This document shows, one piece after another, positions 30,317 to 39,473 of a stretch of 64,000 nucleotides of DNA. The DNA is taken from assembly GCA_964549935.1 (NCBI GenBank), contig CAZJVT010000001.1, forward strand, positions 27,922 through 91,921. The letters are read 5' to 3'. Below the pieces are notes generated by a model. That model was given only the letters and a program-made list of their open reading frames with translations. It did no database searches and was not told where the DNA came from. The stretch is from an uncultured Candidatus Saccharibacteria bacterium (lineage in GTDB: Bacteria; Patescibacteriota; Minisyncoccia; UBA6257; 1-14-0-10-44-23). The translations under genes were made by a program, and so were the position numbers. The number at the start of each line of letters is the position of its first letter. Position 1 is the first letter of the stretch.

Positions 30317-30859
30317 ATGCTTAAGATTTCTGAAGTTCTTGCCAACCCAAGTGGCACCGATAAAAATGCGGAGTACGTTGTGATTCGTAATACTGAGGCT
30401 GCGCCGATTACCGTCTCGGGTTACAGTATTAAGACGGCCGGCGGCAAGGCGATTAAAGTCACCGGCGTTGTGCCGGCGGGCGGGGAGCTGAAGGTGATGA
30501 CCGGCAGCGTCGCGCTTAAAAACACCGGCGACACATTGAGTTTAGTTGGGCCAGCCGGGCAGGTAGTTGATTCGTTTACCTATACAACTGCGGCTGATGG
30601 GCAGGCGCTTCAGCCGGCAGCGTTTTTGACGCCGGAGCTAAAGTCGCAGCTTTTCGATGAGATTGCGACGACTTCACCCTCCCAAATTTCTGAAGGAAAT
30701 TTAGGAGGGCAAGCCACTCCCGCCACTTCGACGCTCTTGCTCGGGATTGCCTGTGCTGTTATCCTAGCCGGGCTTTCGGTGTATGTTTTAAAACAGGTGC
30801 GCTATGACGAAATCATAAGGAATCCTTTCGCAAAGCAAAAGGATTCCAGTAGTCAGTAG
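30317..30859 (+). CDS. lamin-tail-domain (LTD) protein with C-terminal transmembrane helix
   Basis: SEVLANPSGTDKNAEYVVIRNT...SGYSIK motif typical of the LTD. Hydrophobic C-terminus. Confidence 0.45.
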   Translation: MLKISEVLANPSGTDKNAEYVVIRNTEAAPITVSGYSIKTAGGKAIKVTGVVPAGGELKVMTGSVALKNTGDTLSLVGPAGQVVDSFTYTTAADGQALQPAAFLTPELKSQLFDEIATTSPSQISEGNLGGQATPATSTLLLGIACAVILAGLSVYVLKQVRYDEIIRNPFAKQKDSSSQ

Positions 30860-30878
30860 CTAGTAGGCAGTAGTTAGC
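30848..30878. repeat. heptamer array (AGTAGNN)x4 + AGC spanning stop of LTD gene and ending at tsaE ATG
   Basis: agtagtcagtagctagtaggcagtagttagc, followed immediately by ATG at 30879. Confidence 0.55.
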
Positions 30879-31361
30879 ATGAAACAAAAAACAATGAAGG
30901 GCGGGAAGAAAATTCAAATCAAAAATGCAGTCGCGATGCAGAAGTTCGCGGCGGAAATGGCGCGTGAACTTATCGCGCAGCCGCTTGGCAAACATGCGAA
31001 GGTGATTTCTCTTACCGGCAATCTGGGTGCCGGTAAGACGACCTTTACGCAGGGATTTTTGCGTGAGCTCGGTGTCCGTCGCCGCATCATCTCTCCGACA
31101 TTTTTAATAATTCGACCTTACGATTTGAAGGCCGATGAGTACGCCCGTGCGTTTCATATCGATTGCTACCGGCTACAAAAACCGCAGGAGTTGGCCGCTT
31201 TGGGTTTTAAAGAAATTTTAGAAAATCCGGCGAATATTGTTTTGATTGAGTGGCCGGAGATTGTCAGTGAGTTGCTGCCAAGAGAGATTGTTCGAATTGC
31301 GATTGAGCACCCGGAGAGTGGGAGTACCCGCAAAGTGCAAATCGCAAATAGCAAAGCGTAG
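30879..31361 (+). CDS. tsaE: tRNA threonylcarbamoyladenosine biosynthesis ATPase TsaE
   Basis: LTGNLGAGKTTFTQGF P-loop. 160 aa. Confidence 0.7.
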   Translation: MKQKTMKGGKKIQIKNAVAMQKFAAEMARELIAQPLGKHAKVISLTGNLGAGKTTFTQGFLRELGVRRRIISPTFLIIRPYDLKADEYARAFHIDCYRLQKPQELAALGFKEILENPANIVLIEWPEIVSELLPREIVRIAIEHPESGSTRKVQIANSKA

Positions 31362-31444
31362 GGCAGGGAGAGGGGGAGCAAAAACGAGAGAGGTCCGCGG
31401 GCGACCTCCTCGTGGGCGGTCGGCGGACCTCAGATTGCGGCGCC

Positions 31445-31648
31445 CTACATGTAGGGCTGGTAGTGCTCGATGATCGCACCGCCTCCGCGTACCCTGACGA
31501 GCGCGGCCTCCTTGATCGTGGAGTCAGAGTGGTAGCGCTTCCGGAACTTCTCGCTCGCGTCGTTGTCGGACGCGGCCAGGAATCCTTGAGGTGTCGCCAC
31601 TTTGCCGCCGCCTGCTTCGTGATACATGTCGGCTCGGTACCTGTGCAT
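31445..31648 (-). CDS. small hypothetical protein (67 aa) on a GC-rich islet with strong SD
   Basis: AGGAGGT sits 6 nt upstream of the ATG. GC3-rich codons contrast with neighbours. The stop lies in the palindrome CCCTACATGTAGGG. Confidence 0.35.
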   Translation of the reverse strand: MHRYRADMYHEAGGGKVATPQGFLAASDNDASEKFRKRYHSDSTIKEAALVRVRGGGAIIEHYQPYM

Positions 31649-31755
31649 CGGTGTACCTCCTGTAGCCCTTTTTATACTCCTGGCGTAGAATAAAGGCAAG
31701 CAAAATCCCTCCCCGCCGCAGGCGGTACTCCCTTTAGGAAAAGGAGAATAAAACA

Positions 31756-32631
31756 ATGAAAAAGCTCCTACTCATCGACAGCCACGCCCTCATCCACCGT
31801 ATGTATCACGCGATGGCACCACTTACGACGCCAGATGGGGAGCCGATTGGTGCCATCTACGGCTTGTCGCAGCTTTTGATGCGCATGATTACCGAAACGG
31901 TAAAGCCAGATTATGTTGCCGCCTGTTTCGATCGTCCGGAGCCGACGTTTCGTAAAGAGATGTTTGCGGAGTATAAGGCACATCGCGAGGCGACGCCGAG
32001 CGATTTGATTTCGCAAATTATCAAAGCCCGCGAGGTGTTTGCGCAATTTAAAATAAAAATGTTTGAGCTACCGGGATTCGAGGCGGACGATTTGATTGCG
32101 ACGCTCGCGACGAAACTTCATAACGAAAAAGATTTACAAGTTTCGATTTTAACCGGCGACCGCGATTTGCTGCAGCTGGTGCACGCTGATCACGTCGTCG
32201 TTGAGCTGTTTAAAAACGGGGGAGGTGAGACGATACATATGAACGAGGCGGCGGTCATTGAGAAGTACGGCCTCAATCCGCTGCAAATTGTCGACCTGAA
32301 GGGCCTCATCGGTGACCCCTCCGACAATATTCCGGGAATTCACGGCGTCGGCGAGAAAACGGCTACGCCGCTACTCAAAGAGTTCGGAACCGTCGAGGGG
32401 GTGTTTGAAAATCTCGTGATTGTGCCGGAGAAGGTGGCCAAAAAGTTCCGGGGGCACGAGGAGATCGCGCTGAAGTGTAAAAAGCTCGCCACGCTGGAGC
32501 GTAACGTGCCGATTTTCTTGGACTCACTCGAGGACTTAAAAGCATTGCCGCTCGACCGACCGGAGCTGATTTCGTATTTTGAAAAGCTTGGGTTTGTCTC
32601 GCTGATTCGGCGGCTGCGCGGAGAAAGCTAG
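31756..32631 (+). CDS. stand-alone 5'-3' exonuclease (Pol I N-terminal / FEN-like)
   Basis: LLLIDSHALIHRMYHA...GFEADDLIATLA...HhH motif. 291 aa with no polymerase domain. Confidence 0.75.
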   Translation: MKKLLLIDSHALIHRMYHAMAPLTTPDGEPIGAIYGLSQLLMRMITETVKPDYVAACFDRPEPTFRKEMFAEYKAHREATPSDLISQIIKAREVFAQFKIKMFELPGFEADDLIATLATKLHNEKDLQVSILTGDRDLLQLVHADHVVVELFKNGGGETIHMNEAAVIEKYGLNPLQIVDLKGLIGDPSDNIPGIHGVGEKTATPLLKEFGTVEGVFENLVIVPEKVAKKFRGHEEIALKCKKLATLERNVPIFLDSLEDLKALPLDRPELISYFEKLGFVSLIRRLRGES

Positions 32632-32666
32632 AGTTTCTGGCGAAATTCTGGTGGTATACTAATTCT

Positions 32667-33572
32667 ATGAATGCTCGCGCATCCTCGCGCCTTGTTGGTT
32701 TACTAAAAAAGCCGGAGGTGCAATTTTTCTTGATTTCGCTTATCCCGCTAATTGCGGTTTTTATTGTTACCAGAATCTATATTCCGGTAGAGCAGCAGCC
32801 CTTTATGGATGTCGTTTTGCTCGGCATGTTCGGGATTATTACGTATCAGATGATTTATTCGGTCTATATGCACGCAAAGCTGGCGGAACGGGAGCGGGCC
32901 TTTTTGAGCGTTTCGGCACACCAAATGCGTTCGCCGCTGACTGCGGTTAAATGGATTTTGTCGGAGATGGGTAAGAATGACAACAAGCCCGAGGAGCGCA
33001 AAGATTTAGCTCGGGTCGGGGATGTCGCGGTTACAAAGCTCAACAACATTATTGATGCGTTTTCGGCCATGGCTCGCGTTGATGAGGGTGCGACCGAGGA
33101 GCGCATGGCGAATATTGATATGTGCGAAGAGATCGAGAAGTCTGTTGAGGCTGCAGAGCCTGTCGGAAAGCAGTACGGCGTTGCCGTCCACTTTGAAGGG
33201 CCGTGCGAGGAGCTTTGGGTGCGTGCCAATCCGGTAAATCTGGAGATGGTTTTTTCGAATCTGATTAACAATGCGATTAAGTACAATCACCGAGGAGGAA
33301 TGGTCGCAGTTGGTGCACGCAAGGTTCACGGCGGGAGTCAGATTGAGGTGATGGTACGCGACACCGGTATGGGCATCCCGCCAAACGAACAGGGGAGGAT
33401 TTTTGAGCGATACTTCCGTGGTGCACAGGCGCAGCGGGTTAACGAGGCCGGTTCCGGACTCGGACTCCACTTAACCAAAACGATTATCGAGCAGCACGGC
33501 GGGACGATCTGGCTCGAATCAATCCATGGCAAAGGAACGACGTTTCACTTTACGCTTCCCACGACGAGGTAG
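32667..33572 (+). CDS. sensor histidine kinase (HisKA + HATPase_c)
   Basis: H-box SAHQMRSPLTAV, N-box NLINNAIKYN, G-boxes DTGMGIP / GSGLGL, and two N-terminal transmembrane helices. Confidence 0.75.
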   Translation: MNARASSRLVGLLKKPEVQFFLISLIPLIAVFIVTRIYIPVEQQPFMDVVLLGMFGIITYQMIYSVYMHAKLAERERAFLSVSAHQMRSPLTAVKWILSEMGKNDNKPEERKDLARVGDVAVTKLNNIIDAFSAMARVDEGATEERMANIDMCEEIEKSVEAAEPVGKQYGVAVHFEGPCEELWVRANPVNLEMVFSNLINNAIKYNHRGGMVAVGARKVHGGSQIEVMVRDTGMGIPPNEQGRIFERYFRGAQAQRVNEAGSGLGLHLTKTIIEQHGGTIWLESIHGKGTTFHFTLPTTR

Positions 33573-33601
33573 TAGATAGGGGGGCGGGGTTTGAATTTTT
33601 G

Positions 33602-33632
33602 CTGACTACTGTCTACTATCTACTGACTACTC
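33602..33632. repeat. heptamer array in inverted orientation (CTGACTACT...) before mutM, paired with partial forward copy GTAGTAGATAGG at 33569-33580
   Basis: The reverse complement reads AGTAGTCAGTAGATAGTAGACAGTAGTCAG. It forms a hairpin with the upstream copy across a GGGGGGCGGGG spacer. Confidence 0.5.
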
Positions 33633-33638
33633 TTTGCC

Positions 33639-34550
33639 ATGCCTGAATTACCTGAAGTAGAAACAGTCGTCAGAGACCTACAGAAGAAGGTCGCCGGCCG
33701 CACTATCACTGCGGTCTGGTTTGATTGGCCGAAACTGATTAAGGATTACGAGGCGCAGAGCCGGCTTACGGTTTCGACAAAAGCCGTCGCGCATTTTAAA
33801 AAACATATTGTCGGTAAAAAGATTGAGCGCGTGGCTCGGCGAGCAAAAAATATTTTAATTTATTTATCAGGCGGACACTTGATGCTGGTGCATCAAAAAA
33901 TGACGGGGCATTTTCTGCTTGGGCAGTGGAAGATGGGGCCAAAGGGGAGCGTCGCCGTTGCGCCGCGCGAGATCATCGAGGATTCCTACAATGGATACGT
34001 GCATTTAATTTTTACACTTGATGACGGCCGGCAGCTGGGGCTTTCGGACGTGCGTAAATTCGCCAAGGTTATTTTTGGCACTGCCAAGCAGATTGAAGCG
34101 CTACCGGAGCTCGCGCACCTTGGGCCGGATGCGCTTGACGAGCGGCTCGACTCGCGTACATTCGCGGCGATTATGAGCCGCGAGAAAAGGCCAATCAAGC
34201 AGGTATTAATGGATCCTTTCGTCATTGCCGGAATCGGCAATATTTATTCTGATGATATTTTGTGGCGGGCGCAGGCGCATCCGAAAGTGAGCGCCGCCAA
34301 GCTGTCGCCGGTGGAACTGCGGGCGATTTATAAGGCTATGCGGGAGGTTTTGACGCTCGCCGTGAAGTTGCGGGGGACCTCGACGAGTGATTTTCGCGAT
34401 ACGGCCGGCAAAGAGGGCGGTTACACCGGACACCGACTGGTTTATCAGCGCACAGGCGAGCCCTGCGGCCGTTGCAAGACGCCGATTGAGCGAATGGTCA
34501 TTGGCGGACGCAGCGCGCACTTTTGTCCGGCTTGTCAGAAGTTGCGCTAA
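33639..34550 (+). CDS. mutM: formamidopyrimidine-DNA glycosylase
   Basis: N-terminal MPELPEVE with catalytic Pro2/Glu3 and a C-terminal zinc finger CGRC...CPAC. Confidence 0.8.
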   Translation: MPELPEVETVVRDLQKKVAGRTITAVWFDWPKLIKDYEAQSRLTVSTKAVAHFKKHIVGKKIERVARRAKNILIYLSGGHLMLVHQKMTGHFLLGQWKMGPKGSVAVAPREIIEDSYNGYVHLIFTLDDGRQLGLSDVRKFAKVIFGTAKQIEALPELAHLGPDALDERLDSRTFAAIMSREKRPIKQVLMDPFVIAGIGNIYSDDILWRAQAHPKVSAAKLSPVELRAIYKAMREVLTLAVKLRGTSTSDFRDTAGKEGGYTGHRLVYQRTGEPCGRCKTPIERMVIGGRSAHFCPACQKLR

Positions 34551-34627
34551 TTCGCGCTCGGTAGTATTCTGAATCCGTTGGCTATTAATTGTTTTTGATT
34601 TTTTGTTTATCGTTTTTTATCACTGCT

Positions 34628-36271
34628 ATGTTCGGCTCAAAAAAGGAAACTAAATATATTTTCGTTGCTGGCGGTGTAATGTCTGCGATTGGCAAAGGCA
34701 TCACCGCCTCTTCTATTGCCAAAATTATGCAGGCGCGCGGACTTAAAGTCACCGCGCTTAAAATTGATCCGTATGTAAACGTAGACGCGGGCACGATGAC
34801 ACCGACAGAGCACGGCGAGGTCTTCGTCCTTGCTGACGGTATGGAGTGTGACCAGGACATGGGTAACTACGAACGCTTTCTAGACACCGACCTGACGAGG
34901 CTCAACTACATGACGACCGGCAGCGTCTATCTTTCTGTCATTACGAAGGAGCGCAATTTAGAGTACGGCGGCAAGAATGTCGAGGTGGTTCCGCACATTC
35001 CGAATGAGGTTATCGACAAAATTGATGCGGCCGTGGCGGCAACCGGCAGCGACGTTGCAGTTGTTGAGGTTGGTGGCACTGTGGGTGAGTATCAAAATAT
35101 CTTGTTCCTGGAGGCGTACCGTATTTTGAAGTTCCGCCACCCGGAGGACTGCGCTTTTGTTTTAGTTAGTTATTTGCCGGTTTTAAATGGCGAGATAAAG
35201 AGCAAGCCGACGCAGTATGCGGTCCGTTCGGTTAACGCGACCGGCATTCAGCCGGACGTCATCATCGCTCGTTCTGAGAGTCCGATTGATGACAAGCGCA
35301 AAGAAAAGATTGCCTTTAATTGTAGTTTGCATATCGAAGAAATTATTTCCGCACCGAACGCGAAGAGTATTTACGAAGTGCCGGTAACGTTTGAAGACCA
35401 GGGTCTCGGCGAACTGCTCGCCAAGAAGCTCGGCGTGGGCGGGCGCGACCGCGATATGAAGGAGTGGCGCGGACTCGTTGATAAAATCCGCAGCGCGACT
35501 AAGCCGGTTAAGATTGCTATCGCCGGTAAGTACTTCGCGACAGGTGAGTTTGTGCTAACTGATTCGTATATCTCGGTTATTCAGGCTATCGGTCACGCCG
35601 CATACCAGGCCGGGCACAAGCCGGACATCGAGTGGGTTAACGTTGAGGACTTCGAAAAGGACCCGAGCCAGCTTAAGCGCCTTGATCAGTACGGTGGCGT
35701 CATCGTCCCGGGCGGATTTGGTGATCGCGGCGTAGAAGGTAAAATCGCTGTCATCAAGTACTGCCGCGAGAACAAGATCCCGTACCTCGGCCTTTGCTAC
35801 GGTATGCAGCTGATGGTGGTTGAGCATGCGCGTAACATCGGTGGACTGCAGGGTGCACACACGACGGAGGTTGATCCGAACACTAAGTACCCGGTCATCG
35901 ATATTTTGCCGGAGCAGAAGGAGCTGCTCGCCAAAAAACAGTACGGCGCCTCGATGCGTCTTGGTAACTACCCGGCCACACTCAAGAAGGGAACGATCGT
36001 TTACGACGCCTACGGCAAGGAGGAGGTTATTGAGCGCCACCGCCACCGCTTTGAGGTCAACCCGGAGTACATCGAGCAAATTGAAAAGATGGGCCTCGTA
36101 TTCTCCGGCACCTCGCCAAGCCGTAAGTTGATGGAATTTGCTGAACTGCCGAAGGACAAGCACCCGTACTTTGTCGGTACCCAGGCGCACCCGGAACTTA
36201 TCTCGCGCCCACTTCGCCCGCACCCGCTCTTTGCTGGTCTCGTCAAAGCGGCGATTGACAGGAAGCTTTAA
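34628..36271 (+). CDS. pyrG: CTP synthase
   Basis: KYIFVAGGVMSAIGKGI N-terminus, a glutamine amidotransferase domain with GLCYGMQ, 547 aa. Confidence 0.9.
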   Translation: MFGSKKETKYIFVAGGVMSAIGKGITASSIAKIMQARGLKVTALKIDPYVNVDAGTMTPTEHGEVFVLADGMECDQDMGNYERFLDTDLTRLNYMTTGSVYLSVITKERNLEYGGKNVEVVPHIPNEVIDKIDAAVAATGSDVAVVEVGGTVGEYQNILFLEAYRILKFRHPEDCAFVLVSYLPVLNGEIKSKPTQYAVRSVNATGIQPDVIIARSESPIDDKRKEKIAFNCSLHIEEIISAPNAKSIYEVPVTFEDQGLGELLAKKLGVGGRDRDMKEWRGLVDKIRSATKPVKIAIAGKYFATGEFVLTDSYISVIQAIGHAAYQAGHKPDIEWVNVEDFEKDPSQLKRLDQYGGVIVPGGFGDRGVEGKIAVIKYCRENKIPYLGLCYGMQLMVVEHARNIGGLQGAHTTEVDPNTKYPVIDILPEQKELLAKKQYGASMRLGNYPATLKKGTIVYDAYGKEEVIERHRHRFEVNPEYIEQIEKMGLVFSGTSPSRKLMEFAELPKDKHPYFVGTQAHPELISRPLRPHPLFAGLVKAAIDRKL

Positions 36272-36360
36272 ATATTGTAGTCTATTTTTGTAAGTTAAGG
36301 TTCGCAATACTCGGAAACACCTGAGTGTTTCAGGTTTCGCCGGGATGCGGGGAGGGTCCG

Positions 36361-36882
36361 ATGAAAGGAAAGAAGGCTTTCGTGAAGCGTGCCGGCGGGC
36401 GCCTGCCCGACGTGACCAAGCTGGAGCTGCACAGGCTCAGCGAATCAGTCGGACGGCGAATCGACGTCGCTCTCAGTGAGCTGGGTCAGCCGACGCGGCA
36501 TCGCATGGTGGACGCGCGGGAACTCAAGCGGCTCACCGCAGCGGTCCTCGGCGGAGCTCTGCCGCCCAACCAGAAGGAGGTGGTGGATGGCTGGGCGAAG
36601 CTTCGTGCCCGCATCATCGGCCGCGGCAATTACCGATGCCTTCAGATCGGGGGCACGGTGATCAAGACGATGGAGTTCGACCACGGCGACAAGGGTGCTT
36701 GGTTTCGTGGAGGGTCGTGGGTCGGCAACGATGTGACGATCAACGACTACGTCCTCCTGCGCAAGCGGCCCTGCCGCTGCAAGAAGTGCCGGCCGGAGCA
36801 CAAGAAGGGCTTGGCTCCTCACCATCGCGAGCGAACGGGCAAGGAGGTGGACCAGTTCGGCATGCCGGCGGAGTTCTGCTAG
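36361..36882 (+). CDS. hypothetical Cys-rich protein on GC-rich islet (likely horizontally acquired)
   Basis: GGGGAGGG SD 4 nt before the ATG. Very high GC3 (gtg aag cgt gcc ggc ggg...). C-terminal CRCKKCRPEH motif. Followed by a strong terminator. Confidence 0.45.
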   Translation: MKGKKAFVKRAGGRLPDVTKLELHRLSESVGRRIDVALSELGQPTRHRMVDARELKRLTAAVLGGALPPNQKEVVDGWAKLRARIIGRGNYRCLQIGGTVIKTMEFDHGDKGAWFRGGSWVGNDVTINDYVLLRKRPCRCKKCRPEHKKGLAPHHRERTGKEVDQFGMPAEFC

Positions 36883-36901
36883 CGTTCGTATCGGCTCCCG
36901 G

Positions 36902-36935
36902 GCGGCTCCCGCCTTCGGGAGCCGCTTTGTTTTTA
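36902..36935 (+). terminator. rho-independent terminator
   Basis: gcggctcccgCCTTcgggagccgc hairpin followed by TTTGTTTTTA. Confidence 0.6.
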
Positions 36936-36961
36936 TGATGTAAAACTGCTACGATTTTGTT

Positions 36962-37648
36962 ATGGCTAAACCAGAAGAATCTTTCGGAGCTCCAGCGCAA
37001 CCAGAGGCGGCCAAGAAAAATCCCGAGCAGATGGATTTTGGCGCGATGGTTGAGCCAAGCGATGCATACAAAGAATCATTTCTTGCTGCCTTGCGCAGTT
37101 TGCGCGTGCCGTATCTTAAAAAAGGGGAACAGAAAATTGACCGCGCGTGGGTAAATAAGATAACGCTTGATGGCGTTGAGCTTGACGCAAACGATCCAGA
37201 CCAGCTAGAAGCCCACTTTAGCGCATTCGTTGATTCTCTGAAGGCTAAGGTTGACGATGAAGGCAGAAAGGTTATCTTTTGGGCGGTTGATCAGGAAGGC
37301 AAGTATATTGGTTATGTAAATGTTTGGGGTAAGCTCACTGATGCTCGACGAAAGGCAGGAGGGCAGTTGAGTATTGAGGTGCGGCCGGAAGCGAGAGGCG
37401 GCAAAAATCAGGCGAAGTGGACGGATTTACCGGTTATTAAAATGACCGAATGGTCCCTTGCGAAGCTAAAAGAGTATGGGAATGATGAGATTATGTATAG
37501 CTGCAGCGAGGAAAATGCTAGAGGGGAAAGCGCAGGGCTACGGCGACTTGGCTATGCGGTTCGGGACGGCGGGACATTTTTGAATGAATTTCAGAAGAAA
37601 ATGAAGCAAATTTTTTGGGTTGCAACTACTAAGCAAGAGCGAGTCTAA
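36962..37648 (+). CDS. hypothetical protein (228 aa)
   Basis: Clean ORF with no recognisable motif. Confidence 0.4.
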   Translation: MAKPEESFGAPAQPEAAKKNPEQMDFGAMVEPSDAYKESFLAALRSLRVPYLKKGEQKIDRAWVNKITLDGVELDANDPDQLEAHFSAFVDSLKAKVDDEGRKVIFWAVDQEGKYIGYVNVWGKLTDARRKAGGQLSIEVRPEARGGKNQAKWTDLPVIKMTEWSLAKLKEYGNDEIMYSCSEENARGESAGLRRLGYAVRDGGTFLNEFQKKMKQIFWVATTKQERV

Positions 37649-37650
37649 TT

Positions 37651-38412
37651 ATGTTTGCCTACCTCTACGGACCAGACACGTATCGCCGGGGTCGGTATCT
37701 GCGCGAGCAGCTTCTGGCTCCGTATCACAAGAAGTACCCGGACGGGAGCGTCGGCGTTTTTGATTTGCTCGAGGAGGATGCGGTCGCAAAGCTGCAGAGT
37801 TTTAGTGGCGGCACCGGACTTTTTGCGAAAACAGCGCTGGCCGTTGTGTATCATCCCGAGGAGGGGGAGAAGGAGTTTGTAAAATTTTTGAAAGAGGTCG
37901 GGGAGTCTACGGCAACGACGGTTATTGTCGTGGCCGACAAAAAACTGACGAAGGAGTTTGCATTTTTGATGAATGGTAAAGAAAAAGAGTTCGAGCCGCT
38001 CTCCGGTTTGGATTTTCTTAAGTTTATTAAAGCGGAGGCAAAGACGCTCGAACTCGCTGTGACGGACGTGCAGCTTAAGGCGATAGGCGAGGCTTACGAC
38101 GGCGATACCTGGGCGGCGATGACCGAGATTGAGCGAGTGGCCGCCGGCGGCGCTATCGAGCAGCACACCATCGTCGTGGACTTCATGGGCCTCCTGCGCA
38201 CACTCTCGGCGGGCAGAAATTTGCCGGCCTTGCTGCGGGCGCTCACGCTCCTGACTGACTACGATGAGCCGGCTAAAGTTTTTAATCTCCTGGGCGCATT
38301 CGTTTACGGTAGCGCGAAGATAAAAATGGCCGACTACGACCTGGCGGTTAAAACAGGGAAGCTGGAATACCCCGAAGTCCTACTGGACTTTGTATTAGGA
38401 GCTAGTAGTTAG
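37651..38412 (+). CDS. possible DNA polymerase III delta subunit (HolA-like)
   Basis: MFAYLYGPDTYRR... N-terminus and overall helical pattern resemble short HolA proteins. Weak call. Confidence 0.3.
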   Translation: MFAYLYGPDTYRRGRYLREQLLAPYHKKYPDGSVGVFDLLEEDAVAKLQSFSGGTGLFAKTALAVVYHPEEGEKEFVKFLKEVGESTATTVIVVADKKLTKEFAFLMNGKEKEFEPLSGLDFLKFIKAEAKTLELAVTDVQLKAIGEAYDGDTWAAMTEIERVAAGGAIEQHTIVVDFMGLLRTLSAGRNLPALLRALTLLTDYDEPAKVFNLLGAFVYGSAKIKMADYDLAVKTGKLEYPEVLLDFVLGASS

Positions 38413-38427
38413 GAGTCAGGAGTTAGC
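38401..38427. repeat. heptamer array (AGTAGTT AGGAGTC AGGAGTT AGC) spanning stop of upstream gene
   Basis: gctagtagttaggagtcaggagttagc. The TAG at 38410-12 is the stop codon. Confidence 0.5.
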
Positions 38428-38444
38428 TAAGAGAAGGCATACGC

Positions 38445-38468
38445 AAAAAGACCCTTTCGGGTCTTTTT
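38445..38468. terminator. bidirectional rho-independent terminator
   Basis: aaaaagacccTTTCgggtcttttt. Confidence 0.6.
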
Positions 38469-38493
38469 GCTGCTAGCTTCGGACTACTGTCTC

Positions 38494-38754
38494 CTAGCTA
38501 CTTTTCACTTTGACTGCGAGACGGCCCTTGAGGCGGTTGGCGGTGTTCTTTTTGATGACGCCCACCTTGGCGGCTTTGTCGAGTTTTTGGTAGACGAGCG
38601 CGAGTTCCTTCTTGGCCTCTTCAATCTTCTTACCCTCGACGAGCTTCTTGTAGGACTTGATGACCTTCTTAAGCTCCACCTTTTGAGCGGCGTTTTTCTC
38701 GTAGCGGCGGCGGTTTTGACGAAGCGCCTTTTTGGCTGTACGTGTAACTGGCAT
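38494..38754 (-). CDS. rpsT: 30S ribosomal protein S20
   Basis: MPVTRTAKKALRQNRRRYEKN... Confidence 0.85.
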   Translation of the reverse strand: MPVTRTAKKALRQNRRRYEKNAAQKVELKKVIKSYKKLVEGKKIEEAKKELALVYQKLDKAAKVGVIKKNTANRLKGRLAVKVKSS

Positions 38755-38897
38755 GAATTCAGTAATTTACGATTTGTAATCCTTAATTTCCAAGTAGAGG
38801 CTAGGAAAGTTAGTGGGTGTAGATTACCAGTTCTTGACAGAAAATGCAAGAGAGCAGCCCTTTGTGCTTACTGCCTGCGGGCTTTATACTGAAGGTA

Positions 38898-39473
38898 ATG
38901 ATTTACTCCCTTTCCGGCATTTTAAAACGTAAGCAGGACACCTGGGCGGTCGTCGAGGTCGCCGGAATTGGCTACAAGGTGACACTGCCGCTGTTTGTGA
39001 TGTCCCGCCTGCCCGCGACCGGTGAGCCGGTTTCGCTCGTCACGCACCACCACGTGCGCGAGGACGCCAATGACTTATACGGCTTCTTAAAAGATGAGGA
39101 GCTTTCGCTTTTTCAGTCGCTCATTTCAGTTAATGGTATCGGGCCGAAGTCGGCGATGGGCATTATGGGTGTGGCACCGGTTAACGAGCTTATCGCGGCA
39201 ATTAACGAGGGCCGCGTCGATCTTTTGTCTAAGGCCTCCGGGGTAGGCAAGAAGACGGCCGAGCGGGCTATTTTAGATTTGAAGGGCAAGCTCTCGTTTG
39301 GCGACAATACTGCGACAATCGGTAAGATGGAGTCAGACAGCGAGCTCGAGGAGACGCTGGTCGGGCTTGGCTACAGTAAGGCGCAGGCGAAAACAGCGAT
39401 TGCAAAGCTTGACCCAAAACTTACCGACTTCCACGAGCGACTGCGGGCAATCTTAAAGGAGTATAAAAAATAA
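38898..39473 (+). CDS. ruvA: Holliday junction DNA helicase RuvA
   Basis: MIYSLSGIL...GIGYKV OB domain plus HhH motifs (VNGIGPKSA, ASGVGKKTAER). Confidence 0.8.
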   Translation: MIYSLSGILKRKQDTWAVVEVAGIGYKVTLPLFVMSRLPATGEPVSLVTHHHVREDANDLYGFLKDEELSLFQSLISVNGIGPKSAMGIMGVAPVNELIAAINEGRVDLLSKASGVGKKTAERAILDLKGKLSFGDNTATIGKMESDSELEETLVGLGYSKAQAKTAIAKLDPKLTDFHERLRAILKEYKK